Shown: piece after piece, positions 43,004 through 62,511 of the stretch
How positions within the stretch are numbered: the first letter of the stretch is position 1
How the letters are laid out: the number at the start of each line of letters is the position of its first letter
DNA from: Amoebidium appalachense
Lineage: Eukaryota > Protista > Ichthyosporea
Direction of reading: 5' to 3'
NCBI GenBank assembly: GCA_963693365.1
Contig: CAVNZM010000005.1
Span: 8,130,710-8,194,709 of the forward strand
DNA length: 64,000 nt
The notes under the pieces: model-generated
Databases searched by the model: none
Told to the model about the DNA's origin: nothing
The model's input: only the letters and a program-made list of their open reading frames with translations
Program-made: the position numbers and the translations under genes

Positions 43004-44191
43004 CACCGCATATTCACACACACACAGGCACTGCATATGCATCCACACACACACACACACACACACCCAGGCACTGAATATGCACACACACACGGGCACT
43101 GCATATGCACACACACACAGGCACTGCATGCACACACGGCCATTGTACGCACGTGGCAGCACAAGGCAGCCACTGGCCCGTCACACTGCCCTTCTCTTGG
43201 TGCACTCATGACCCGTGCATATGGGTGGCTGTGCCCCGGGAAGAAGATGGGGTGCAAGGTCGGGGGGGGCGGGGGGGGTGGGAGGGAGGGTTTGCACCCA
43301 TACCCTCCGGTGCATCTATGCAGCACAGCCACACGAACATACGCACACACATGCACAGAGACATGCACACACACGTTCTGGGACTGCATGGGACACACAC
43401 ACACGCCGACACAGTGTGCACGGCTCATGAGCATACACCTGCACGTGCACTGTGCAGAACCACCCCACTTTAGGTGCACCACTGTGCCCCCATTGCATGG
43501 CCACATGGCCACATGTGTGCATTCATATTAACTGGCGGGGTGCATGTAGGAGGAGCTGCAGGTGTTCCAGGAGAAGGAGAAGGGGGGCCGCTACGACAAG
43601 TTCATAGTGCAGAGCCTGATCAGCAACTTCAAGTGGTGCACGGACCAGGGCGGCACCGTGGGCCGGCTGTACCACGTGGGCACCATCCCCAACCGCAAGG
43701 CCGAGACCTACGTCAGCGACCTGCGCCTCATGCTCAGCGGCAGCACCAAGGGCTTCAGGGTCGTGGGCATGTACGCCCGCAGGGCACGGGAGCCCCTCAG
43801 CGACCATTTGGGGCCAGGGGCCAGCAGCTGGAGCCAGCTGGGCACCAACCTCAGTGTGGTGCAGGGCAACGGCCTGTTCGACACGGAGAGCGACCGGCTG
43901 CTGCTGATGGACCGCAAGGACTTCAACATGCTGGGCATGGGCCTGGACGATCTGATCGACGCATACGTGCAGACCGTGCTGGCCGTGGTGGCCATCGACC
44001 GCATGGCCGACCGCCTGACCATCGGGGGCAGATTCAGCAGGCTGCTGTTCAGGTCGGTCAATGATGACGAGGCACTGCTGGAGGAGATCAAGGACGTGGG
44101 CTTTGAGAAGACCCCTGCAGCACTCATGGACTGGATGGGCCTGGCTAGCCCCACAGTCAAGCACGCCAATGCGGGGCACGACCAGCAGTAG
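39881..44191 (+). CDS. Uncharacterised circularly permuted ATP-grasp-like (glutathione/GSP-synthetase-like) protein, about 549 aa
   Basis: Exons 39881-40028, 40353-41017, 42106-42300 and 43550-44191 total 1650 nt in frame. Motifs GCDL...[11 protein letters not shown] (D...ExN..PSG), [22 protein letters not shown] and DLRLML. A branch point and acceptor just before the ATG imply an upstream exon. Confidence 0.8.
41238..41850. repeat. 30-bp minisatellite (ggtatgagtggggataagaattgggtrcca), about 20 copies, intronic
   Basis: Directly visible, inside intron 41018-42105. Confidence 0.95.
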
Positions 44192-44814
44192 ACGAAGCAC
44201 ATATCATGGACGCTACTAATTAGGCCTAGGACATACCCTGCACCATGTCAGTTTGTACCACACACCGCATGAAAGGACAGATGCCTGGCCTGGGGCCGCC
44301 GGCCGGCAGTCACCGGGCACAGAGGGTTTCATGATCTGCTCGAAGAATTCACATGCATATAATCGTATCTGGATATCTTACGTGCTTGGGCTGATGATAC
44401 GTGCACTAGTTCTGTACATGGATAATAGACCTGCTTGCATGTGTGCATATTACCGTGAATCAACATGGGGCATGTGCAGCTATTGCTCGAGCCTGTGGCT
44501 CGGTTCATATATATTCCTAGCTTGTGGTACGTGTGGGTCAAGTGTTTCCAAATTGGTGATTGTCCGTGTTTGCCTCCCTCCCCTCCCGGGGCCTTCCACC
44601 CACCCACCCACCATGATTCCCTTCCGGGCCCCGTCGTTTGTGTGAATAGGCATGCAGTCCTGGGGGTGCCCGGAGGGGTGGGGGTGGAGGGGACTCCTCG
44701 GGGGTAATTTGCGTCGTGGGACTTAGTGTACATTAGTGCATCGGATGCTATTATGGTTACTGGGAGGTTGCTTGACATGAGCTGCATGGACTACTTGTAC
44801 AGGATGATTGGTCC

Positions 44815-44870
44815 ACACACAATCGATGCATATACGTATACATACACATAATCCATGCATGTACGTATAC
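44815..44870. repeat. Two 29-bp units (acacataatccatgcatatacgtatacat), left half of an interrupted array
   Basis: The same unit resumes at 53056-53118 in direct orientation. Confidence 0.85.
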
Positions 44871-44890
44871 GTAGGGCTACCTTTCCGTTA

Positions 44891-45460
44891 TCTATTAACT
44901 AATATTATAACGACCGTTTGACCTTCCCGTAATCTGGCCCAGTGACTAATCACTGACTATGCAACCCGCGGAGATTTGCATAGCGAAATCAAAAGCCGAA
45001 ACGCGCATAAAACCAAGCAGCATAGAAGAATATTAACGTGTGGAGGTGTTTGTGTCAAAAAATATAAAAAGTTTAAGTCTAAAATTGATTCAGAACAAAG
45101 TATTAGAGGGCAAAAAGGGAGGTAAGCAGCCGCTACGTGTGGCTGTAGGTGTCAGGGTATGAACTAATGCAACCCTGAGTCAAAAAGGACCGTTCTCGGC
45201 TACATGCCATGGCGCTCGGGTATGACTATTGGTCTAGCAAAAATAATAAAACATCGTAAAAAATCCATTTTTTTACTTTTCGATAAATGCTATGATAAAA
45301 ATCACAACGTGCCCGATGCCGATTTCGCCTCCTTTCGATAGTACGTACGACGAATGAACTTGGAGAATTGGACGCCATAAGTAAATATATCAACCAATGA
45401 ACACCTTTTGACGCATCAAGTAAATATATCCAACTATGCATGTGACGAGGATGGACACGT

Positions 45461-45497
<37 letters not shown>

Positions 45498-45590
45498 TAC
45501 GCACACACATTCACTCACACACACCCACACAAACTTAGACACTCGTTCTATTCACTCACACATTCTTTCGCGCTCACGCACTCTAATCAA

Positions 45591-45665
<75 letters not shown>

Positions 45666-45895
45666 AACACACACACAAACATTCACACACACCCATTGTA
45701 TGCACACACACACACACATTCGCCACACGTGCACACACACACACACACACACAAATACACACCCACACACACATGTACACACATACACACACACACACGC
45801 ATACAAACACACACACAAACATTCACACACACCCATTGTCTTCAGACACACATTCTTTCGCGCTCCCGCACTCCAACCAACAACACAACGCACAA

Positions 45896-45946
<51 letters not shown>

Positions 45947-46076
45947 ACCACACACATTCGCACACACAACCACATAAAGGCTCCCCATCAATCTTATGTT
46001 TCCCGAAAACTTTGCCATACTCATCCACTTTGACTCGTTTTAAGCGGCGGCGACAGCCGGCGCTTAGACCTCCTTG
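44891..46076 (+). mobile_element. Non-autonomous Helitron A
   Basis: The 5' end a|TCTATTAACTAATATTATAA is a typical TC plus AT-rich Helitron start. The 3' end is the hairpin aagcggcggc-gaca-gccggcgctt, then agacctc-CTTG|t. No TSD and no ORF. Confidence 0.75.
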
Positions 46077-46243
46077 TATACAAGTAGGTCTGTGCGCCGG
46101 CTGTCGCCGGCGCCAAAACATAACGAAACAGTTATTGATGTTGGGTTGTGTGGTTGTTACCACTCCCCCCCTCCCCCCCCCTGCCTGCCCCCCCCACCTC
46201 ACACATTCCCCTCCCTCCCCTCCCTGGCCCTTTGGCCTCACGC

Positions 46244-46295
<52 letters not shown>

Positions 46296-46886
46296 CCCCT
46301 CCCAATCCTGCAGTTGCCGGATCTGCCAAATGTTATGACCCTTTTCCCTTTCATTTAACCCCCCTCCTCCCCCCTCCCCCCACTCCCCCCCCCCCCCCCC
46401 CCCCCCCCCTCCTTCTTTCTGGCCCCCCTCCCACGGGGCACCCTGGGCAGTGGCGGCGGTAGCATCCCCCCCCCCCCCCCCCCCCCCCCCCCCCGTCGAA
46501 ATTGCAAAGTGAGGTAATGGGTATGAGCAAATTATGTGGGAAGTGATGGGAGTGGGGCCAGCCCAAATAAGTTAAATTCATTTATTTTGCCAGAAGGAGG
46601 CAGCCTGTATGGCAACTATGAACAGCTAAGTAGGTAAACCTACCCCTCCCCCCCCTTCCCCCCCCTTCTGCCTTCCCCTCCCCCTTAGAAACCCCCCGCC
46701 CCCCTCCCCCCCAGCTACCCCCCCCCCCCCCACCCCTTTTTTTTAATTATTTTGCCATCCCCCCCCCCCCCCCTCCCCCCTCCCCCTGCTGCCCCCTGTG
46801 TCCTTCATGTCAAGGACCTGAATATTTATGACATGGTGCACGTGGTACCAAAAGCAGTGAATGGTGGTGTGTTGTGATTAATGTAA

Positions 46887-47410
46887 TCAGGGGGGGTTGA
46901 AGATATTGCGAATGTAGGGAGAAACGACATTGAAGGTGTAGGCAATGGCATTTGCAGAAATGTCATTTTCATGTACACAGATAAGTATGTGTCTACGTGT
47001 GCGGACACGGCCTAGTGCCACATAGAGTTGACCGTGAGCAAACACAGGAGTACGTAAATACAAACCGCAGACGTCGAGGGTTTGGCCTTGGGATTTGTTA
47101 ATGGTGAGTCCGTAGGCAAGCTTTAAAGGATACTGTTTTCTATTCACTGTTACACCTCGGGTTGGTTGAAATTGGAAGGTAAATCTAGGTATGAGAACAG
47201 ACTCGACAGATCCTAAGGAATCAACTATGCGGTCGCAACGAATGTAGTAATTGTATAGTTCCCTTATGATTAGTTTTGTGCCATTGACCAATTGGTGGTG
47301 GATGGAGAGGTTTCGCATGAGCATAACTACAGCACCTACCTTGAAAACGAATTTATGGTCAGGTATTCCTGGGTGGTGCACTGACGCCAAGAAGTCTTCC
47401 GTTGGTGAAT
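46887..47410 (-). pseudogene. Helitron RepHel Pif1-family helicase, C-terminal fragment
   Basis: PGIPDHKFVFKVGAVVMLMRNL...LVNGTKL...IPRF...RKQYPLKLAYGLTINKSQGQTLD...PVFAHGQLYVALGRV...NVV: Pif1 motifs V-VI with the Helitron-type ending. Walker A/B and the HUH Rep domain are absent. Confidence 0.93.
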
Positions 47411-47782
47411 TTGACGGGCATAACAATACTCCGGGTAGAAACGCCGGCCACAAATAAGCCAAAATAAAAGTGTGGTAGCAACTAGACGACTTCTAGGTAA
47501 TACCGCATCACGAACGAACTGCGGCGCTGTGCGTGGCGTATCGTGCCTAAAGCCCAAAATCCCCCTAAATCTATGCGCTTGGCGGAGTTCTGCATACATG
47601 ATTTTGCGGAATTGGTACGGTGCAGAAGGATTCCGGCAGGGCTGTAATTTTCGCCGTAACGATAGCCATACAACATACATGAAAACGCGCTAACGAATAA
47701 CTTCGGGTAAAAACCTTCTAGAAATGATTATCAAAAAAAAAAAAAAGAGGGACATAAAAGAGGTGGAATTTAGGTCCATTTT

Positions 47783-47791
47783 CTATAAAAA
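47783..47791 (+). promoter_or_regulatory. Candidate TATA box for the SSB-like ORF
   Basis: ctataaaaag about 95 nt upstream of the ATG at 47882. Confidence 0.4.
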
Positions 47792-47881
47792 GGGGACCTT
47801 CGTCTTCCTGCTGTCACCACATCCACATTTCAACACCCCGTTCACAGCTCGTTGATTCACGGACAGTGACACGTCGTGAAA

Positions 47882-49030
47882 ATGAATCTGCACCCACACA
47901 TGATGCATGCATCCTTCCTTATGGATGTCCTCTCGGTTGTGATGCTTCCCACCAACCTTAAGCCCGGTGAGAGGCACACCGCTGCTATGGTCAAGGGCAG
48001 GAACACCACCATGTGCCTGAATGCCACGAACAACGCCGAACCCAACATGCAGATCGTCGTCATGGTGTTCAACAACGAGAAGGACCCCAAGTACTTGGAG
48101 ATGGCCAAAAACAGTGCTGGTAGCGTCGTCCATGTGCAGGGCCGTTTGTCTGCCAATGTGGAAACATTTGTCGACCGTAACCGCCCTGGAGCCACCCATG
48201 TGATCAAGGGTGCCGGGATCGTCACCCAAGTTGTCTCGGCAGCTCATAAGGCCGCATTCAAGACCATGGTTGCACCCCACATGTGGAGTGCGTATGGCGC
48301 CGTTGTGCTCGGGATTGAGAAAGTCTACAAACCCAAGATCAACCTGACAGACGCCGATGCAGCGCTGGCAAGTGTGGATATGAAGTGCATGGGGCGCATC
48401 TATGAGGTCGGGAATAAGGTGGATCGTTACATTGGTCAACCCGTGTGCATGGTGCGTGCCGTTGCCAAGATGCTCCGTAACAAAGACGGCACCCTTGACC
48501 ACGTACTGGAGGGAGGCATCGTCCAGGCGTCCGGTGAGCTTACCTACATCCAGGGCAAGAACATTTTCGTTCTCGACACCACTGTGGGTGGGACATGTGT
48601 GCTCGTGCGGGGACCGGCTGCCACTACTGCTGCCACACCCACTGGATCCGACATCAAACTGGGCAACCTGCAGCTGTCTGGGGCGAGCAACTCTGCCCTT
48701 CGTGGATTGGCTGCTATTCTATCCTATGATGATGTGAACGAGGAAAACGGGGAGAAGGAAGACATGAACGAGGACGAGCCCGTTGCCACCCCTACCAAGA
48801 AACGTAAGATGGGGGCAAAGCTTTTCCTGTCGACCGACGACGACGACGTCCCTCTGAAGGATATTGCAGCCATCAAGAAAACCAAGGACAACGACAATTT
48901 GATGGGCCGCGTCAATTCCGATGTTGACGAGCCCGAGGATTCCAATTCGGAGGGAGAAGACGGTGACGATGACATCGAGGAAGATTACGGCTTGCTCGAT
49001 GGTGCAGCCATTTTCAACGTTGAGGATTAA
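47882..49030 (+). CDS. Intronless 382-aa protein with putative tandem OB folds (SSB/RPA-like), an NLS and an acidic tail
   Basis: Uninterrupted ORF. Two SSB-like signatures: IVVMVFN...AGSVVHVQGRL and VCMVRAV...EGGIVQASGELTY. PTKKRK NLS and a D/E-rich C-terminus. The ORF is certain; the fold is inferred. Confidence 0.75.
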   Translation: MNLHPHMMHASFLMDVLSVVMLPTNLKPGERHTAAMVKGRNTTMCLNATNNAEPNMQIVVMVFNNEKDPKYLEMAKNSAGSVVHVQGRLSANVETFVDRNRPGATHVIKGAGIVTQVVSAAHKAAFKTMVAPHMWSAYGAVVLGIEKVYKPKINLTDADAALASVDMKCMGRIYEVGNKVDRYIGQPVCMVRAVAKMLRNKDGTLDHVLEGGIVQASGELTYIQGKNIFVLDTTVGGTCVLVRGPAATTAATPTGSDIKLGNLQLSGASNSALRGLAAILSYDDVNEENGEKEDMNEDEPVATPTKKRKMGAKLFLSTDDDDVPLKDIAAIKKTKDNDNLMGRVNSDVDEPEDSNSEGEDGDDDIEEDYGLLDGAAIFNVED

Positions 49031-49616
49031 CTTCCAGTGCTGCAGTGCCCATAGCCCATTTCCACTATGTATTGTTTGTAATAATATATTTTGATTTATT
49101 TGACGTTATCTAATACTATTGGGGATAGAACAAACAAACCAAAACAATGATGTTCTGTTTAGTTGTGGGAATTAATTGCATGGAATTTTAATAGCACTGT
49201 GTTATCAGTCTAGGGAGAGATTGCCATTGCCGAAGTACCAAGTTTACTTGTGGTCCTCCAAAAACATGTAGCTGAAAACCACCAAGTGCAATATGTTTTA
49301 AATTGCTTGCAAAAATTTTATAATATTATTATTATCTTGTTGTTTTACTTATTTTACAGAACTGTATGGTAACCCCCTTTGTGATATGTATGGGCACGCA
49401 ATAAAACTTTCCACGTGCACTGAGTGCCAGGTGGGCAAGATATTTCCGTGCATACTTGCTTATCTTTCCGTCGAATAAATCCAGTCAAAAGAAAGAAAAA
49501 TTGGCACCCCCCCGAAATGTTCCCGAACATAAAATCATCATTCTACGGTGTGTGTCAATATACCATGCTCACAAGTCAGTACTGCAATTATACTATTCTC
49601 AGTTTACTTCAAAGCA

Positions 49617-49651
<35 letters not shown>

Positions 49652-50151
49652 CCCCTCTTCCCATTCCCTGCCCCCCCAAATTTTTTTAAGTTATGCTTTT
49701 CATACTCAGTGACTGCAATCATGGCACCCGTGTTTTCTAGATATATTTCCTTTCATTGTGTTCAACGTCTATGTGTGTGTGTGTGTGTGTGTGTGTGCAT
49801 GTTTGTGTGTGTGTGAATGTGTGTGTGTGGGCCAAGTTAAGGTTGTATGCGCTTCTTTCTTCTTAGTTGTTTTTGTATTCTATTCGATTATTACTTTGTG
49901 TGTAAATGTGGAAAAAAAACAAATAAAAAAACAACGACCACCGCCCAGCTTGAATCACCCTAGCTCTAGTGTAAAACAATAATCATTATCAGTCACAAAC
50001 CCTTCTACTACACTCGCCCCAAATGTCATATTCACATTACTGAGTTGATTTAGTTGTGTTTTTTACTCTATTTTTTTCAACAACTGTCTGCTATTAAACA
50101 GTAAAATGTACATCTGTTTGTGTGTGTGTGTGTGTGTGTGTGCCACAGGCC

Positions 50152-50199
<48 letters not shown>

Positions 50200-50360
50200 A
50201 TATAGAATTTACCGTCCTCATCCCCGTGTCCCCCTAAACCGGTGTTAGCGGACCTTTGAGGTTTTTGTGATTGGATTGGTAGTTCTATTACATTAAAATT
50301 TTCAAAATGTCGTTGTACCAATGATATAATACGTTGTAAAACAAATGTCGCCGAATTTCT

Positions 50361-51069
50361 CTAAAAAAAGTGCGTTCCATTCTGGGTTAGAAACCCAGAC
50401 CGTTTTGATACGGGAATCACCTGATCTCTGCCGTCATTCAGCCCAGCGCGTTCACAGTGAATCCGAAACCGCTGGTTTTTTTCTTTTTATTTCAAAGCCC
50501 CGAGTACGTACATCCTCTCGGGCCCAACTTTACGGCACTATATTTCAATTTTCTCATTATCAAATATATAGTTATTTTAGGCTTTTTCATTAGTATCGCA
50601 AGAATATTTAGCGATTTTGATGTCATAAAAACAACTAAGCAACGTTTCGATGGTTTTTGATGCCTCACAAAATTGCCTTAGGTCCCCTCCAAATTCCGGA
50701 TTTGAGGTCCGGCACTAAAAAAGGTGCGTTCCATTCTGGGTTAGAAACGAAAACCGTTTTGATACGGGGATCACCTGATCTCTGCCGTCATTCAGCCCAG
50801 CGCGTTCACAGTAGACTCCGAAACCGCTGGTTTTTTTCTTTTTACTTCAAAGCCCCGAGTACGTACATCCTCTCGGGCCCAACTTTAGGGCACTATATTT
50901 CAATTTTCTCATTATCAAATATATAGTTATTTTAGGCTTTTTCATTAGTATCGCAAGAATATTTAGCGATTTTGATGTCATAAAAACAACTAAGCAACGT
51001 TTCGATGGTTTTTGATGCCTCACAAAATGGCCTTTGGTCCCCTCCAAATTCCGGATTTGAGGTCCGGCA
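50361..51069. repeat. Tandem duplication of a ~354-bp 5'-subterminal segment in Helitron B
   Basis: Copies at 50361-50714 and 50715-51069. Helitron C has a single inverted copy. Confidence 0.92.
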
Positions 51070-51122
51070 AACAACGCATTATATATATTGTTAATATAAT
51101 GCGTTGTTTGCCGGACCTCAAA

Positions 51123-51669
51123 TCAACAATATATATAATGCGTTGTTTGCCGGACCTCAAATCCGGAATTTGGAGGGGACCTAAGCCCATTTTGTGAGGC
51201 ATCAAAAACCATCGAAACATTGCTTAGTTGTTTTTATGACATCAAATTCGCTAAATATTCTTGCGATACTAATGAAAAAGCCTAAAATAACTATATATAT
51301 GATAATGAGAAAACTGAAATATAGTGCCCTAAAGTTGGGCCCGAGAGGATGTACGTACTCGGGGCTTTGAAATAAAAAGAAAAAAACCAGCGGTTTCGGA
51401 GTCTACGTATACTGTGAACACGCTGGGCTGAATGACGGCAGAGATCAGGTGATTCCCGTATCAAAACGGTTTTCGTTTCTAACCCAGAATGGAACGTACT
51501 TTTTTTAGAGAAATTCGGCGACATTTGTTTTACGAAGTACCATATCATTGGTACAACGACATTTTGAAACTTTTAATGTAATAGAACTACCAATCCAATC
51601 ACAAAAACCTCAAAGGTCTGCTAACACCGGTTTAGGGGGACACGGGGATGAGGACGGTAAATTCTATAT

Positions 51670-51744
<75 letters not shown>

Positions 51745-52680
51745 GGCCTGTGGCACACACACACACACACACACACAAACACATGTACATTTTAGTGTTT
51801 AATAGCTATAGGCAGACAGTTGTTGGAAAAAAATAGAGTAGAAAACACAACTAAATCAACTCAGTAATGTGAATATGACATTTAGGGCGAGTGTACTAGA
51901 AGGGTTTGTGGCTGATAATGATTATTTTTTTACACTAGAGCTAGGGTGATTCAACCTCTCCATCCACCACCAATTGGTCAATGGCGCAAAAGTAATCATA
52001 CAGTTACTACATTCGTTGCGACCGCATAGTTGATTCCTTAGGATCTGTCGAGTCTGTTCTCATACCTAGATTTACCTTCCAATTTCAACCAACCCGAGGT
52101 GTAACAGTGAATAGAAAACAGTATCCTCTAAAGCTTGCCTACGGACTCACCATTAACAAGTCCCAAGGCCAAACCCTCGACGTCTGCGGTTTGTATTTAC
52201 GTACCCCGGTGTTTGCTCACGGTCAACTCTATGTGGCACTTGGCCGTGTCCGCACACGTAGACACATACTTATCTGTGTACATGAAAATGACAAAGTTTC
52301 TGCAAATGTCATTGCCTACACCGTCAATGTCGTTTCTCCCTACATTCGCAATATCTTCAACCCCCCCTGATTACATAATCACAACACACCATCAGTCACT
52401 GCTTTTGGTACCACCATGTCATAAATATTCAGGTCCTTGAGATGAAGGACGCAGGGGGCAGCAGGGCGAGGGGGGGGGGGGGGGGGGGGGGGTTGAAGGG
52501 GGAGGGGAAGGGGGGGAGGGGGGGGGGGGGTAGGTTTACCTACTTAGCTGTGCATAGTTGCCATACAGGCTGCCTCCTTCTGGCAAAATATATAAATTTA
52601 ACTTATTTGGGCTGGCCCCACTCCCATCACTTCCCACCATCATTTGCTCATAGCCATCCCCGATCACTTTGCAATTTCGA

Positions 52681-52734
<54 letters not shown>

Positions 52735-53055
52735 TACATAGTGTGCTACCGCCGCCACTGCCCAGGGTCCCCCGTGGGAGGGGGGCAAGAAAGGGGGGGG
52801 GGGGGGGGGGTTAAATGAAAGGGGAAAGGGTCATAACATTTGGCAGATCCGGCAACTGCAGGATTGGGGGGGGGGGAAGCATGACACACAGGGCCAGGGG
52901 GGGGGGGGGGGGGGAAGCGTGAGGCGGGGGGGCCAGGGAGGGGGGGGGGGGCCGGGGGGGGGAGGGGGGAGGGAGGTAACAACCACACAACCCAACAACA
53001 ATAACTGTCTCGTTATGTTTTGGCGCCGGCGACAGCCGGCGCACAGACCTACTTG
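51123..53055 (+). mobile_element. Non-autonomous Helitron C, a deletion derivative of the B family
   Basis: The 5' end is a|TCAACAATATATATAATGCG and the 3' end is the hairpin followed by acagaccta-CTTG|t. It is colinear with B in inverted orientation but lacks B 47313-49949; the junction at about 51954 has AA microhomology. Confidence 0.85.
51953..52370 (+). pseudogene. Pif1 helicase C-terminal fragment, second copy
   Basis: NLSIHHQLVNG..., then an 11-bp deletion relative to B, then RKQYPLKLAYGLTINKSQGQTLD...HGQLYVALGRV...NIFNPP*. Confidence 0.92.
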
Positions 53056-53118
53056 TACACATAATCCATGCATATACGTATACATACACATAATCCATGC
53101 ATATACGTATACATACAC
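53056..53118. repeat. Two 29-bp units, right half of the interrupted array
   Basis: tacacataatccatgcatatacgtataca twice, directly after the CTTG of Helitron C. Confidence 0.85.
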
Positions 53119-53480
53119 GACATAGAGAATTTTACTTGCGCAATGCATGCGTACACACATCAGATGAGGTGTTCTGGCTATTTTGAATGTTTTCGATTGT
53201 TAGAACAAGTCCTTTCGGACAGTACAGCATGACACATACACACGACATAAGCCCCCCACACGTGTGCAATGCGCACAACCGACAAACAGAATCCACACAT
53301 GCCATGCATGTATTCCTGGCACACTGTATTTTTACTTTGTACACGAAATACAGAATTCGATGTATGTACAGGACATCTTACACTAATGGTATTGACTAGG
53401 GATTTATCGAACTGGCTGTGCACGGCTGCTGGCCAAAACCCAATTCAAGCGCAAGTGGGTTGTGTGTACCAGCACCCCCC

Positions 53481-53725
53481 CATGTGGGCTGTGTGGGTAA
53501 CTAAACCCGTGATCATGTGGGCTGTGTGGGTAACTAAACCCGTGATCATGTGGGCTGTGTGGGTAACTAAACCCGTGATCATGTGGGCTGTGTAGGTAAC
53601 TAAACCCGTGATCATGTGGGCTGTGTGGGTAACTAAACCCGTGATCATGTGGGCTGTGTGGGTAACTAAACCCGTGATCATGTGGGCTGTGTGGGTAACT
53701 AAACCCGTGATCATGTGGGCTGTAT
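53481..53725. repeat. 33-bp minisatellite (catgtgggctgtgtgggtaactaaacccgtgat), about 7 copies
   Basis: Near-perfect tandem units with no spacers. Confidence 0.95.
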
Positions 53726-54037
53726 GGATATGTACCCCCCGACCACAAGTTATGGTGTGTGTGTGTATCCTCTCTCATGCGGGTTTTGATAAATGCATCC
53801 CCACTCAGGTAGGTCGTGTGTATAAGTGCATCCCCAGGAGGGTAGCGTGGATCAGTGTGTCCCCAACCATATGGATTGTGAGGATAAGTGCAAGACCAAC
53901 CATGTTGGTTGTGCATAGTATATGTGTACCTGCATCGTGCGGGTTACATGGATAAGTGCAGGCCCGGTCACTATCTCCCAATCCACACCTTTAGGACGTG
54001 CCTAGAAAGGCAAGCAGTGGCCGGGTGTTCCTAAGAC

Positions 54038-62511
<8,474 letters not shown>

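Larger units (their letters stand above)
46081..51094 (-). mobile_element. Helitron B, an internally deleted derivative carrying a Pif1 C-terminus and an SSB-like gene
   Basis: On the minus strand the 5' end is a|TTAACAATATATATAATGCG (copy C has TCAAC) and the 3' end is the hairpin gcgccggc-gaca-gccggcgc, then acagaccta-CTTG|t. Inserted between A and T with no TSD. Contains a Helitron-type helicase C-terminus. Confidence 0.85.

Noticed and set aside
46887-47462. Host PIF1 gene or an autonomous Helitron
   Set aside because: Only the C-terminal helicase motifs are present, with no ATPase motifs or HUH Rep domain, and the fragment lies between Helitron termini.
49950-51954. Palindrome as an assembly fold-back artefact or a viral/plasmid hairpin telomere
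   Set aside because: The arms differ by many substitutions and indels, and the centre resolves into two Helitron 5' ends. No polymerase, capsid or protelomerase is present.
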